This document shows, piece after piece, positions 25,204 to 38,985 of a stretch of DNA of 64,000 nucleotides (position 1 is its first letter; the number at the start of each line of letters is the position of its first letter). Under the pieces are notes generated by a model. That model worked only from the letters and a program-made list of their open reading frames with translations. It was not told the origin of the DNA and made no database searches. A program made the position numbers and the translations under genes. This stretch comes from Bigelowiella natans CCMP2755 (lineage: Eukaryota > Protista > Cercozoa), in NCBI GenBank assembly GCA_000320545.1, contig ADNK01001860.1:124001-188000 (forward strand), read 5' to 3'.

Positions 25204-26972
25204 TTTTCCTCTGTGACTTTCTATTTTCCCGTTTCGAAAACAACTTACTTCACCATTGAGAGCAAAAATCGACAGCATGAATACGCCCTTCTTAGCCCGT
25301 GTGTATGCTATCATTCCCTATCAGCTGATCATCGCATCCCAGCATGGCCGATCCGGTGTAATACGCGATCTACTTCTAGCTGGGTCTGGCATAGAGTCCG
25401 CTGATAAAGGAGGGCACACTGCATTTGCTCATGCGTGTATAAACCACGAATTCGGCGCTGCGCAAGCACTTATCAAGGCAAGGGCGTTGGTTGACTCAAG
25501 GGGGGGGGTAGTTGGAATGACAGCTCTATTGCGCGCCGTGCGGTTCGGTGAGGAAGAGGTGGCACGCTACCTTCTAGATGAAGCTAAGGCAAACGTGCTG
25601 CTCCCAGACCTAAATGGAACCTCACCGGTAGGCAAGCTGCTCTTGTAAAACTTCGTATCGTACCGTCCTGTCCGTTTCATATATGTTATTCCTATTGTTG
25701 TAACCGCATCCATCCATACCTCTTCCGCTTCAAGAACAAACTTTCCTGCTACTTTGCTTACTACCAACAATGACCATCATCATCATCATCATCATCATCA
25801 TCGTCATCGTAAAAACATCATCATGACACAGATGGCCGCAGCGGCGTATCTCGGTAAGGAGAAGCTAATTGAGCTTCTAAGGATCCACAAAGCCAACGTT
25901 GACCAGCAAGACAAGGACGGGCGAACGCCATTTATGCGCGCAACTGAGCAAGGGCACGTGAGCGCTCTAAGAACCCTGCTTAGTCTAAAGGCATCGCCTC
26001 TTTTATGTACAAACAGTGGCAGAAGCTCACTGATGGAGGCTAGCCGGGTAAGAGGAAGGACAGTTAACTACCTTTAATATTGTTACGTATTATGAGAAGT
26101 AGTAGTGCGTGCCATCACATCAGTCATTAAGCAGCAATGGGGAGTCTCCTCTCCTCTCCTCTCTTCTTCTTCCTAACTAACTTCTCACGATACGTATCCT
26201 TCACAGAGAGGCCATCTCTATTGCATGGACTTGCTATTGGTCACGTGTCGCGTCAACGTTAATCGCTGCGACGACGAGGGCCGCACAGCGTTAATGTATG
26301 CGGCGGACGAGGGAAAGACAGCTGCTGTTTGGATCCTACTTGACTTCAAAGCCCGTCTTGATGCTACCACATATAGTGGGAGTCACACGGTGATTGTAGC
26401 AGTGATAGTAGCTTTTGTGCGTGTTGTGCTCCAGGAAATCTGATTGTGTTTGGTGTGTATTGATGAATCTTCTCAGAAATGCATTGTGAATCTCCTCCTC
26501 TCTCCCTCACCTCCTCCTCCTCTCCCTCACATTTATGCTTTTCTAATGCTTTTCTTCCGTCTTACATCACCAGGCGCTAATGCTGGCCGCTAGGAAAGGG
26601 CACGCGGAGGTCAGTGACATTCGTGTGTTGTGCGTGCTGTCGTTGCGAGAGAAATAGAGGAATCCGGAGATATGGGGTGGCCAAGTAGTCTTCTCTCCGC
26701 TTTCAGATGGTTGCTGCTGCTATTGGTATCCTTATGCTAAAGCTGTTCTTGTGGTCACGACGAGCAGGTATCGTCGATCTTGCTCGAGAAACGTGCGAAT
26801 GCCAACGCTCGGTCACTGCAAGGGCACACAGCCCTCCACCTCGCATCTAAACAGGGAGAACTGAGTGTGGTGAAGCTGCTCATCAAAGACGGCCACGCCT
26901 ATTTGAACATCAAGACGAATCATGGGAGAACAGGTAGCAATGGTGGTGATTGATGGTGATGGTAGTGGGTTG

Positions 26973-27012
<40 letters not shown>

Positions 27013-28009
27013 ATTGCTGTTTCAAACCTTTCAAAGCTGTAATCCGAAGACATGGGTGCGCACACGAGGAAAAAATGAGAATTACCGTTGTTCTGCGGCA
27101 CGACTTCATTTTCTTTTTGTGTATTAGCTACTCTAACTTTTTGGTCTTCCTTCCATTCCACCTCCCTCCCCCTCAGCATTGATGTTTGCAGCGAAGCAAA
27201 GAAGAGAGGCTGTGGCAAGGTGAATGTCATCTCCTCTCTTAAGCAAGCTCAATCGTGCACAGCCTGCCCCCCCCCTTACCCTTTCTTTCACCAGGTTTCT
27301 GCTCGACGAAAAGGCGTCAGTAGACGTCATGGCAGACGCGAGTGGCAAAACAGCGCTCATGCATGCCGTGCAGAGCGGATCGTTCGGGATTGTAAGGATG
27401 TTGGCAACCGACTTCAAGGCCAAACTCAGCCTGTTTGATAACAAAGGCCGCTCCGCGTTGACATGTGCTCTTCATATCCTAGCTCAGTGCAGGGCTCGAA
27501 TCACTAGTAGTGGTGGCGGGGGCACAAGAGGGCAGCGGCGGCGACAGCTGCAGCAGCAGAATCTCCAATACGAGATGATAAGAATAGTCTTATTTCTGCT
27601 CGCACACCCGGATACAGTGTCAGGTACAAGCGTGGCCGATACGATTCTTATCAACAACTGCTGCTACTTGCTGCCCAACCGTCGCCGAAGACGTGAGGAG
27701 AGGCGAGAAGCTATCATGAACCTTCTGAAGCTGTTGCTGAGCAGCAGCATCGGAGGGCTCATCGTGGAGTATGATGACCAATGGTACATGCACGCCAAGC
27801 TCTTTGCAACGTATATGAAGCACAAGCAACATCAGCAGCAGCAGCAGCAGGGAGAGAAAGAGGAGGAGGAGGGGGAGAGAGCAGATGTTAGAAAAACGTC
27901 GTCGTCATCGTCATCTTCATCGTCATTCACAAACGTCCCAAGTGCCCCAGCAGCGACAGCAGACATTTCTTCTATTCCTACAAGTAGTTCCATGTACAGC
28001 ACGAATTGA
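24127..28009 (+). CDS. Ankyrin repeat protein, multi-exon
   Basis: Repeated ANK motifs: WTALMLAARTGDEASVRLLI, GHTAFAHAC, GMTALLRAVRFG, GRTPFMRATEQGH, GRTALMYAADEGK, GHTALHLASKQGE, GKTALMHAVQSG. Confidence 0.9.
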
Positions 28010-28876
28010 TGGTGTGGAATCTGCTACTAGTTTATAATCATCAAGAATGAGTAAAATAATGGTTTCATTTTGACACGGCACGTTTCCCAGCTAGCGCATG
28101 CACCACACTACATTGGCTCATAACGACAAGCATGCGCGTAACACACAGTGTGGCCACAGAATGGCTGCCAGTAGCGTACTGAAGCTGAACAGGCGATGCA
28201 TGCTAGCATGTACGCTGTGATCGACTGCATGGCTATATGTGTACGTACCTTATCTAGATTATGTGGCGCAAGTTGCAGCAGCTAGGATGTATTTGACAGC
28301 CTCAACGCCTAGACGTGCTTGGCCTAGTTGTGTGCGTGTCCATTTAGCTAGTTAGCCATCATGACAAATGTTGCCATTGTTTTGTTTTCATTGGATTGCA
28401 TACTAGCGAGCTAGCTAGCATGGTGCTGCTTTCAATGACGTGCGCATGTGCGAAACCGTGACATCTAGATTTAAATCTAAAAGATATAAGTTGAGTATAG
28501 AAAGGCTAGTACGTACAACATCTAGGCGTTTAGTAGCAGGTAGATCTAAAGATAGCAGCGTTACTAGGTATTATGTACTTTTAATCCAGGAAAAGGATGT
28601 CTAGAGCATTATTACTTGTATGGAGCTACCACATCATCAGCGGCGCGTAAATGATGAGCTTTCTCAACAAATAATTAATGAACAGCAGCCAACTTCCGGT
28701 TCTCCCTCCTTCGCAATGTTAGCTATACATCTCAGCTGCAAATCCGCTGCTTTCTTTCTGCAGACAGAGGCTCTACATCGTATTGGCCATCGCCGGACAC
28801 ACGTCTCATCAATCCATATCACCGTCGTCATCGTCGTCATCACCATCATGACCATCATAGCTGAAACACCCATCAC

Positions 28877-29323
28877 CTACAAGGTGAGCTGTTCGGGGGC
28901 GATACCGCATGCCGTTTGCAGGTCAACTGGAGTGGCGGGAGTGTTAAGGCTCACGTATCCGGTAAGGCCAGCGTCAGCACGCGCTGCGTAGACAGCCTGT
29001 TTAGCGGCGAAAAACACACTAGCACCCAGCTGGTACGGCGGCTCTCCCACCGCCTTTGAACCTAACGTGCTCACCTAGGTAGTTGTTGTAGTAAGTAGTA
29101 GTAGTAGGAGGAGTTATTCGCAGATCGAGACTATCATCATCGAGTTGGTGCAGCTGTGAGACACTGCTCGAGAGGACATCGACGACGGCTAGAATATTGA
29201 TGTTGGTGGTTGGTTTTTGCGGCATGCAGAAGAAGAAGAAGAAGAAGGAGGGGAAGAAACAACAATCTCCCAGTCTCGCGCTGTTCGCTCCACTTTGTTG
29301 TGGCATGTATGTGTATGTGTATA

Positions 29324-29366
<43 letters not shown>

Positions 29367-29877
29367 GCACGCGCGCGTTGTGTTGCGTGCATACATATCA
29401 CCTACCACTGGTGGCAACTACTACCTCCGATAATTACAACTACTACTACTACCAAACTACCTAGTGATATAGATTGTGCACGGCAATAATAATCACTACA
29501 ACATAGTAACTCACTGTGGCGGGGTTGGAGGTCTTCAGAAAGGTGACGTTAAAGATCTGCGGGATGTCGAGGGCAGTGGGGGGCTTGTAGTCCCAGGTTC
29601 CTGCGGTAAGAACTTGCCCAGTTTTCTCACACTGCACGACGGCCTCTGTGAGGTAAAATCCCAGCGATTGAATGAATGCTCCCTCCACCTTCGGTGTTAA
29701 TATACAAAGAAAACAGAAGTCATCATCAAGGACGGGAGAAGGGCTGGATGTGTGGTAGCATTGATTGCTTGGTCACATATCTACAGCGAATAGTACAAAC
29801 TAGACCTAAGGAACCACCAGCAGCGACGTGTACGTCACTCTGCGAAGGTTTCGATTTGGCAGCACGTGCTACTCTAC

Positions 29878-29922
<45 letters not shown>

Positions 29923-31405
29923 GATAGAGAGAGAGAGAATGATGATTGCAACGACAACGACAATGACAGTGATGATGATAATGGTGGTGATGATGATGAT
30001 GATCGCTATGGCGAGAAAAGACGGGTGACACGTACCTGGCCAACATCCACCGATGGATTCAGGCTTTTACCGCAGTCGTAGACAATATCGCAACGAATCA
30101 CCTGATGATCATCATCATGATGATGATCATGAGGATGATGATCACAGTAGTCTTTACACATATAAAATATATCCTCCCCCCTCCCCCCCTGATTATCTAA
30201 CTAGTTTGTCGTTCTTCCTCCCCCTCTTGTTCTTCTTCATCTTGATTCATTCGTCATAAATATCTCACCTGAATCTCCCCAGTCAGAACATCCAGCTCCA
30301 CCTCCGAGCAGCACGCGCAATACACGAAGTAGTCGTACAAAGGGTTGGTCTTCACGCTGCCCGACGGCCCTCCGCCCCAGTAGCCTTGAGCGGAGAGATT
30401 CACCCCATTGCTGAACGCCTGGATAAGTAGCGATTGATTGATTGATTGGTGATTGATTGATTGATCGAATGATTGATGACGCAAAAACTGCAGTAGGAAC
30501 AAAAAAAGATGGGGAAAGATAATGCGGGGAGAAAACATATTCCAACAGCAAAGCTGCTGCTGTTGCTGCTGTTGCCATGCGATGTAGAATGGTCAATATT
30601 GTATCGAAATCGTTGGTTCGTACAACACAGGACAAGGCAGTAGTTAGCTGGTGTCGCATAGTAGTAGTAGTATACCGCATCGATCGCATCCTGCCAGGGC
30701 GTGTCGTTTGTGTGTGTGAGGTACGGCTGAAGCCTCTTGAGCAGTACATCGGCAGCCATTATTGCGGCGTTGACCACCGTCTGAGTACATGTGCAAGTAA
30801 TATTCATATCAGTCACACACACACACACACACACACACAGAGAGAGAGACGCACGCACACGCACACATACACGCACACGCATACACGTAAGATCTGGCGG
30901 TTTTGAAGTCAGTTATTTGTTTATATATCGTGTTCTTACTACTACTACTACTACTACAACTACTACTACAACCTCTGATGTTCCTGAGCCCCCTGTGACC
31001 GTGGAATTCGGTATAGTTTCCGTGGAGTTGTGCTGGATCACGATCATGGAAAGGGGCACCGAAAGACGATACGCGACAGCCTGCGCTACTTTGGTATTGA
31101 TTCCCTGGCCGAGCTCCACACCGCTGTGAGCAACACAGATTGTACCATCCTCCGCAAGCACGTTGATGTTAACACCCATTATGTACCCTCTCTGCGTGAT
31201 TCCGTACCTGACCATTCGTGGGGGGTGAGGAGGAGGAGGAGGAGGAGGAGGAGGAGGAGGAGGAGGAGAGAAAAGAGGAAGGGGTAAGACGTGAGACAGG
31301 AGCAGAAGATGTGCGTTCATTTTTTGTGAGAACCATCATCATCATTATCAGCAGCAGCTGCAGTAGCATTATTAGCATTATCGTGATGCCGTCATCATTG
31401 TAGAA

Positions 31406-31436
<31 letters not shown>

Positions 31437-32442
31437 GACGCACGCACACGCACACATACACGCACACGCATACACGTAAGATCTGGCGGTTTTGAAGTCA
31501 GTTAGTGTAAATTACTTGACGGGAGTCATATAGATTCCACGCTTTCGCCATCGATTGGCCTTGTTGAACGCGGCTACGGCAGCGGTGCGCTTAACGAACT
31601 CTGCTTGCGTCTTCAGAGCTTCCCACACCTATTTTAGTAAACAAAAGAAAAGGAGGGGGGGTACATATTTTTGGAGCATGAGCATGGTGAGGCAAACATT
31701 TGTGTTATCACTGCTGCATCTTTTTCGTCGCCGTGCCATCGAATTTTTCATCATCATCATCATCATGGTCATTGTTTATCGATACGTTTTGCAGTTGGTT
31801 GTAAGCGAGAGGGTCGCCGATGGGCGTGGTCTGCTTGCCGTCCTCAGCGTAGAAGTTCATCTCTCGCACCTGTGACAAGTAATGGCAATGGTGATGACGA
31901 AGACGATGATGATGATGATGGTGATGATGATGGCTGATGAAGATACATGATCATGTGCTGAATAGCAGCAGCAGCAGCAGCATCAAGCACTTGATTCTCT
32001 GAAACAACACCCACCTTATTCGGAGGGAGCTTGGTCTCGTAGGCGACGCGATCGATGACATTTTCCATCATGAATACTCCTGAGCATACCCCAGGAGAGC
32101 GCATGTCCGTGTTGGTGATGGTGTTGGTTTTCAATGCGGCTGCGGTAGTGCGGTAGTTGGGAATGAAGTAGGCGTTGTCCATCATCGTCTGCATCATGTC
32201 GAGAAGACCGAACGTGTCGTCGATGGTGTATCCAGCTGCGGAAAGAGGGGGAGGAGGAGGAAGAAGAAAAGCGCGACAACCAGAAATGGAGGGGGGGATG
32301 AGTGGGGGGGGGGAGCTACAGATTTGCATCGACCAAAATTGAACAAAAGAAGCTATTATTCAAGGGAGGACACGGAAACGATGATGATTGGAAAAAGGTA
32401 ATAGGGTAGATGATGATGATGATGATGATGATAGACATACTT

Positions 32443-32484
<42 letters not shown>

Positions 32485-33232
32485 CACATTACTCAACATT
32501 TATACTCAACCAATATATATATATATATATATATATATTGTAAAGCTCCTCCTCATCACAGCTTATTACCATCTGAGAAGCTGTCGATAGAGATGGCGTC
32601 AATCATCCCCTTGCTCGAAAAGCCAACCTTGTAGCGCGCGAGCGTTGGGTGACGGCCCCCCGTGGTCGCCATGTCCTGCCGTCGCATGAGCTGCGAGCGC
32701 ACGGGGAGGCCGATGTTCTCCGCTGCGACAGCTACGGCGGTGGCTAAGGGGACGTTTCGGGAGATCTTTCCACCGAAGGCCCCCCCACAGCGCCGCGTGC
32801 CGGCGCGTATCTTGTTGGCAGGCTTGTTTATTGCCACGGATACCTGTGATGATGAAGGCAATGAGGAGGACGATGAGGATGATGATGAGGATGATGATGA
32901 GGATGATGATGGTGATAATGGTGATAATGGTGATGTGATGGTCGCATCAGTATTATGCTGTCCAAGACGGGGAAACACCCACGCACGCTGCCTGGCGCAC
33001 CTGCTTCCTCACTGTTGTTGGCCCTTGGGACGCGGACTCTATGGCCACGCGGCCATCCTCGTCGGGGGTGACGAGCACAGACTGCGTTTCCATGTAGAAG
33101 TGGCATTGCCCATGAGTCCGAACATCGCCCGTGACCACGGAGGCGCACTTCGCCCAGGCACTGTCGACATCCCCGCGCTTGACCAGAGGGTATCCCTGCT
33201 GCATGTATCTGCACAAATACAACAATTACACA

Positions 33233-33268
<36 letters not shown>

Positions 33269-36129
33269 AAAGTAGATTATTAACAATGTAATAACCCATA
33301 ATGGCATCGACTGCTAAATCATTTCGCGAAAGTAATGGCTATGCAACCTTAAGATGGGCTACTTCACACACACACACACACACACACTCACACAAGTAAT
33401 GTGCCTCATCAGTATATCTCCATGATCATATGATCATGATCATCAACCACACTCATGACATTACTTGTTCCCCTTGTGGAAAGAGCCCTGCTTGATCGCA
33501 TCGTCAATACCGATCACGGCAGGCTTGGTCGCTGCACCGTAATTGACCGTCACTAGCCGTGCCGCCCTCTCGGCTATGTCAAAGCTCACAGCAACCACCA
33601 ACGCCACGTACTGCCCATAGCACAGCACCTCGCTCTCTGCGAAGATCTGCTCATCTCCAGGGAAAGGGCCAGCGTTGTTTGAACCCCCCTTTTTAGCATT
33701 GCATCTTCCATCAATAATGTATATTATGAGCAATGTGATGACAAAGAAATACTACCAAGTCCTTGACATCCTTCGCTGTCACCACCCTGACGACTCCTGG
33801 GAGTGCTGCTGCGGCAGTGATATCGATGCTCGATATCGTCGCTCGCGCTTTGGTCGACGTCACAGGGCACGCAAATAGGCAGCGGTTTGGATTGGACAAG
33901 TCTCCGGTGTACCTGAAGGGAGTTGGCAACCAGTCGGGTCAGTTAGCAACCTTTAAGCAGAAAACAACGAGATGCTTTTTTGGTCCCGCATGCCCGCGTT
34001 AGACAAAAATGATCGCTGTGTTCGCCTTGGATTTCGGTAACTAAATTCAAGATTGTACGTTACTATTTCGTAGCGGGGCTGTTTTGTAACTGCGCTTGTA
34101 ATAATTGAGTTGCCATTATTCTCCCCCTTTCCCTCTCTCTCTCTCTCTCTCTTTGTCGCGTGAGTTTCCCCTTCTCCCCCCCCCCCCCCCCCCCTCTTCT
34201 GACTTGGCTTCTCCAGAGGCTTGTATTTTTGCTGCAAGCTTCGTGACGGGAGCGTTAATAGGCGCGAGGCTGGGGTCTCCTCCTGCGTAGGTCTGAGAGG
34301 CTGAAACATTGATGATGATGATGATAATGATCAGGGAAATGATGCACAGACTGAAGTAAAGGTGGTGTACGGCGGTAGTGGCCGGAGGTTGGATATTAAA
34401 CAAATAAAGACAAAATTAGTGTAATATGTGTACGTTAGGAGGAAAACATTGATTGATTGAGACATCATTATCGACGACGACCACTACTCACCTGTGGAAG
34501 TTGGGCGTCGATAATGCACGGCTGCTGACCGTAACTCGGGCGGTAGAGTAGCAATCCCAGGGACTGCGAAGTGCGCTACAGCAGCCAAGAAGCTCTTGTA
34601 GAAAGTAGTAAGAGCTAAAGAGTGCCTGTACTCCTCGGGAGCCTCGAGCTTGGGAGAGGTCGCATCATCATCGTCGTCTCCATCTGCAGCTTCCACGCTG
34701 CTTTTCTTCTTCTCCTTCTCTTCTTTGATCTCCCTGCTCCTGCGGAGATTATAAGCCATCACCAAAGGAAAAAACATACGTGTTGCTTCGCATTGCATAC
34801 AGCTTTATTCATATGTTAAAAATATAGTGTAAAATTTGTTGTCGTCATAATCTCCAAGAACGCTCTTCGTTGCATGTCAATAGATTTCCCAAAACAGCAG
34901 CAGCAGGAGATGGCGTGACTGATCCACAAACACGTGGCAAGGCAATGGGTGCACAAAAGCGGCGGCAGCAGCAGCAGCAAGAGCACCTGTAAAGGTTGTG
35001 TCTGGCAATTTGTTTCAGCTCATCAGCCAGGCTCTGTACACCGATCTTCAAGCCTGCGGCCGTCAAGGGCTGTTTGGCCAAGGCAGCGGTTGTTTTTGGT
35101 GCAAAGAAAGGGCCGTTCTGCATAGCGCCAATTGCCATCCTGACCTCTTGAATCACACCATCAGTGGCTTTGAAGGAAAACGCTGCGTTGACGTACGCGT
35201 GAGTATTGACATGTCGGCCCATCACCTGGCGTGTGGGGATATTATCGACAAATTAATGATGTCCATGAAAAACTGATGAGGACTTTCACTCGAACCCTAC
35301 TACTCTTCTCTCTATCTCTCCCATCCATCCCTCTTTTTGCGTGTGTGTAGGAGTGGGTGGGTGGGGAGGGAGAAAGGGAGGAGAGAAAGAAAGAGAGAGA
35401 GGGAGAGAGCCTACCTTGTGAGAGTCGAAGAAACCGTAGTCGTCCTTAAGTGGAATATCGACATTTACGACAAAAGGCGCATAGTCTTCTGGGGAAATGC
35501 TGAGATAATCACGCACAGCCATTGTCGCAGGGGCTGTTTGGCCGCTCTGGATGACACTAAGCGTTGCGCCTGCGCTCAGTAAGAGAAGGATCACGTCTGA
35601 AGGAAAATCGGGGTGCGAGCGAGCCATTTCGAGGTTCCCTGAGGGTTTGAACACGGAGAGGAGTAAGGGTGGGAAGGAGGAGTGATGACTGTTAATTAAT
35701 GTGTCAAGTAATCATAACTCTGATAGTCCTACTACACGCATGTTCAAGCAGCATTTTTATTACCTGCCCAGCTACCAGCGTTCCTGACTTGGTGGTTGGC
35801 AACGAGGCGCAGGTGCCTACCGATGGCCCCCCCTCTCTGCGTATTACTGCCCTCGAGCGCTTTGATCAAGTTTGCCAAACTTACGCCGGCGCCCACCCTT
35901 ACCCCATCTGCTGTACTTTCGACTGTAATAGACAGAGCCGTGAATTAAAACTACCATATTTACTACAACACACTCACGCACCCACGCCCATCCTTTCCTT
36001 CGGATGATCAAAAGAATGAGCGGGACGCTACTTTCAGATCGTTTCTCTACTCTACTGCGACGTTCTCTTCTTACCACTCTACGACTACAACAACAATTAC
36101 AACAACAACAACAACTACTACTACTGCTG

Positions 36130-36163
<34 letters not shown>

Positions 36164-36784
36164 TACCAGCAAGAAGTTCCTTGAGATTTCCAATATGTAC
36201 GAATACATCAGGATGGTCATTGGGATGAGAATTGTAGTACTTGACGACTCCAATCGACGTGTTACCGCTCACGAGCCGCACGCGTGCCTCCGCCTTTTGC
36301 GCGCTCTGATATGCGGCCACGGCGTCTGATAGGGACTCTGCCTCAACCCAGGTGGGTGTAGCAGCAGATGTGCTAGCTTTCCCTCCCCCCATCTCTGCGG
36401 TGGAGGAAACTACTGCGCCGTGACCGAGATTATGAACGCGTGATACAGTCCCTGCAAGGGTTATTGTATCGTCGTCGTTCTCATCTTCCCCAATCTCTCT
36501 CAGGAGTCCATCCTCTGCTTCCGCCTTCTTTCTCTGCTGCTGCTTTTTCTTATCGCCCTTTCCCTCGAGGAGCCTCGCCTTCTCTTCGTTGGCGAAAGAG
36601 TGGGCGGCCTCGAGGATGGGCCGGTACCCAGTACAACGGCAGATGTTCCCTGAAAACGCGTCCTCGGTGTCGTCCAGAGTAGGCTTCTCGCCCGTGCGCT
36701 GCAGCATGCCGTACCTACGCATCGAAGGAGATGATGCTAGCTATTGTATTTTTGGTACTTGTTGTGGATCCCCCCCCCCCCCCC

Positions 36785-36837
<53 letters not shown>

Positions 36838-37466
36838 CGTGCAAGCAAGTGAGACCGGTTACTACTTACATTGCCATCACCATCCCCGGAGAGCAGTATC
36901 CGCACTGCGAGCCATTACAGTTGGCTAAGCGCTCCATGGCCGGATGGAACCCCTTCCTCTCGCTACCTATGCCTTCAACTGTCGTTACCTATGAGAGCAT
37001 CAGATCACCGTGAAAAGGGCAGACACGACCCCAACAAGGGCGAGGGTGATGTTAATGAAAATAAACTACCTTGGCCGAGTTGAGAGATGCCAGCGGCCTG
37101 AGGCACGAATTCACGATAGCTTTGCGACCGTCCGAGTATCTAAGAGAAGTGCCGTCCCCACGCAACATCATCAAATGACCAGAAAGAACAACCAATCTTA
37201 TTTCCAGCAATTGATTTTCTAAACGGGTAAGGAGCGAGGGGCTAGAAGTGATAAGGTAATTACGAGAGGCAGAGTCATCATTCATATACATGTTAAACAT
37301 ACTCGACGTGGACAGTGCACGCGCCGCACCCGCCTTCAGCACACCTGAGAGTTTAAATAGAGATTGAGGACCATGAATATCATTAAGCGTTCTCTCAAGC
37401 CTTCTATTATCTTGATGGATCTCCATAGAGATTCATCCCCCCCCCCACATGATCATATCCACGCAT

Positions 37467-37499
<33 letters not shown>

Positions 37500-37884
37500 T
37501 GTACTCACCCTATCTTCGTGCCAGTGAGCTTGAGCGTCTCCCTTAGGAACACCGCGAGGGTCATGCGAGGGTCAAAATCACAAGCGATGTGCGTAGTCCC
37601 GTTCACATCAAACGACACCCGCGTGCCCGATGTTGAGGCCGTCTTCACTTCTCCAGCCTTTGCCTGACAAACGAAAATATACCAGGAGATTGCTGAGTTC
37701 CTATTACTTTATAGGCAAAACTTAAGATTACCTCCGCTGCTAGATCGACCCACCCTTCAGAATCACTTCTCGCGCTACGCTTTGTTTTTTTATTATTGAT
37801 GACGGGAGGAAGTTCCCTAGTCAGCGATGGCCAAGGACCATCAGGACGTTCCAGGGTGCGCGGGGCTAACACGCGACTTCTCAT
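28877..37884 (-). CDS. Xanthine dehydrogenase/aldehyde oxidase family molybdo-flavoenzyme (aldehyde oxidase-like), many exons
   Basis: 2Fe-2S region [42 protein letters not shown]; FAD region [15 protein letters not shown]; Moco region [55 protein letters not shown]. Start approximate. Confidence 0.92.
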
Positions 37885-38985
37885 CGCTTTCCTTTGTAAT
37901 AATTTGCAAAAGAAGGATGTAAAAATATTGGTATGCATGCAAGAATATTAAGACGAGAAACGAGACCTCAATGCGAGAGATTAGAATTAGGTGTTTTCAT
38001 GAACGATAGCACGCAGGAATACATTTACATTACAGAGCCACAACACCTTCTGTGCTCCTTCGGTTTCCTCGCACGGATAGCAACTTGAAGCACCGGTTTA
38101 CCGCCCCCTTTGCTTGCGCACTTGACAGCGTAAGAGACCGCATCACGCCACCTGTAGAAAGGTCCAGGATTAGCGCTTCATGGCTCAGCATTCGTTCGTT
38201 CGACCACGTAAGTAATAATGACATAAAATTCATGTTTATCTTTTTCATCACTTCTCAAATCCACAAATAATCACCCTAGCCCTAATCCCTACCCTTTTTC
38301 GTCTTCGATAAGACACCAATCTCCGTCGGCGTCGCGGAAGACCAGCTTTGAACTAATTTAGTTTTAAAAAAAATCATTGTCCCAACTTTCTGTGAGGATA
38401 CACGATATACATATGTGTTGTCTTGGCCAGAAATTTTCATACGTGTGTATTTTCGTAGTGACACCTAGTCGATTACATCATAATTACCCAGAGCTCTTGA
38501 AGTAGTTCATAACCGCTGCCCAGCCAACTCCAATAGGTGCACGAACAGCATTTTTCCTCCCCGCAACTTGGAGAGTCACATAGTTCGAAGGCATATTAGA
38601 GAGAAAGAATGAAATTCAAGTCTCGTCTATGCAAATCCTTGTACTGGCGCGTTGGGAGAGTGAAACGTGTGGCCAGGGGGGGATGAAGATCCGACTCAGG
38701 ATTGTGTCTCCTGTGGTTGTGAAGCCTTTTTATAATTGCGACATAAAATATTCATGTCGCAAAAATAAATATGCCCACAATTTCTCAGAGATAAAATAAA
38801 TATTTCTTCGGCGGAGGGTGAGGTGAGGTGGTGAGTACGATGAGAGCAGGATTTCCAGAAATGAGAACGACATATTTTAGAAGATGTCGCAGCATGAAAA
38901 CGAAATTGCAAACTTCGAAGAGACTGCCAATTTCTCGGGATTTCAAATCCGAATTCGAACCGCCGATCGAAACTATCGCCCGCTG

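Noticed and set aside
38030-38464. Short minus-strand ORFs upstream of the oxidase gene
   Set aside because: No motif or convincing splice structure; cannot support a gene call.
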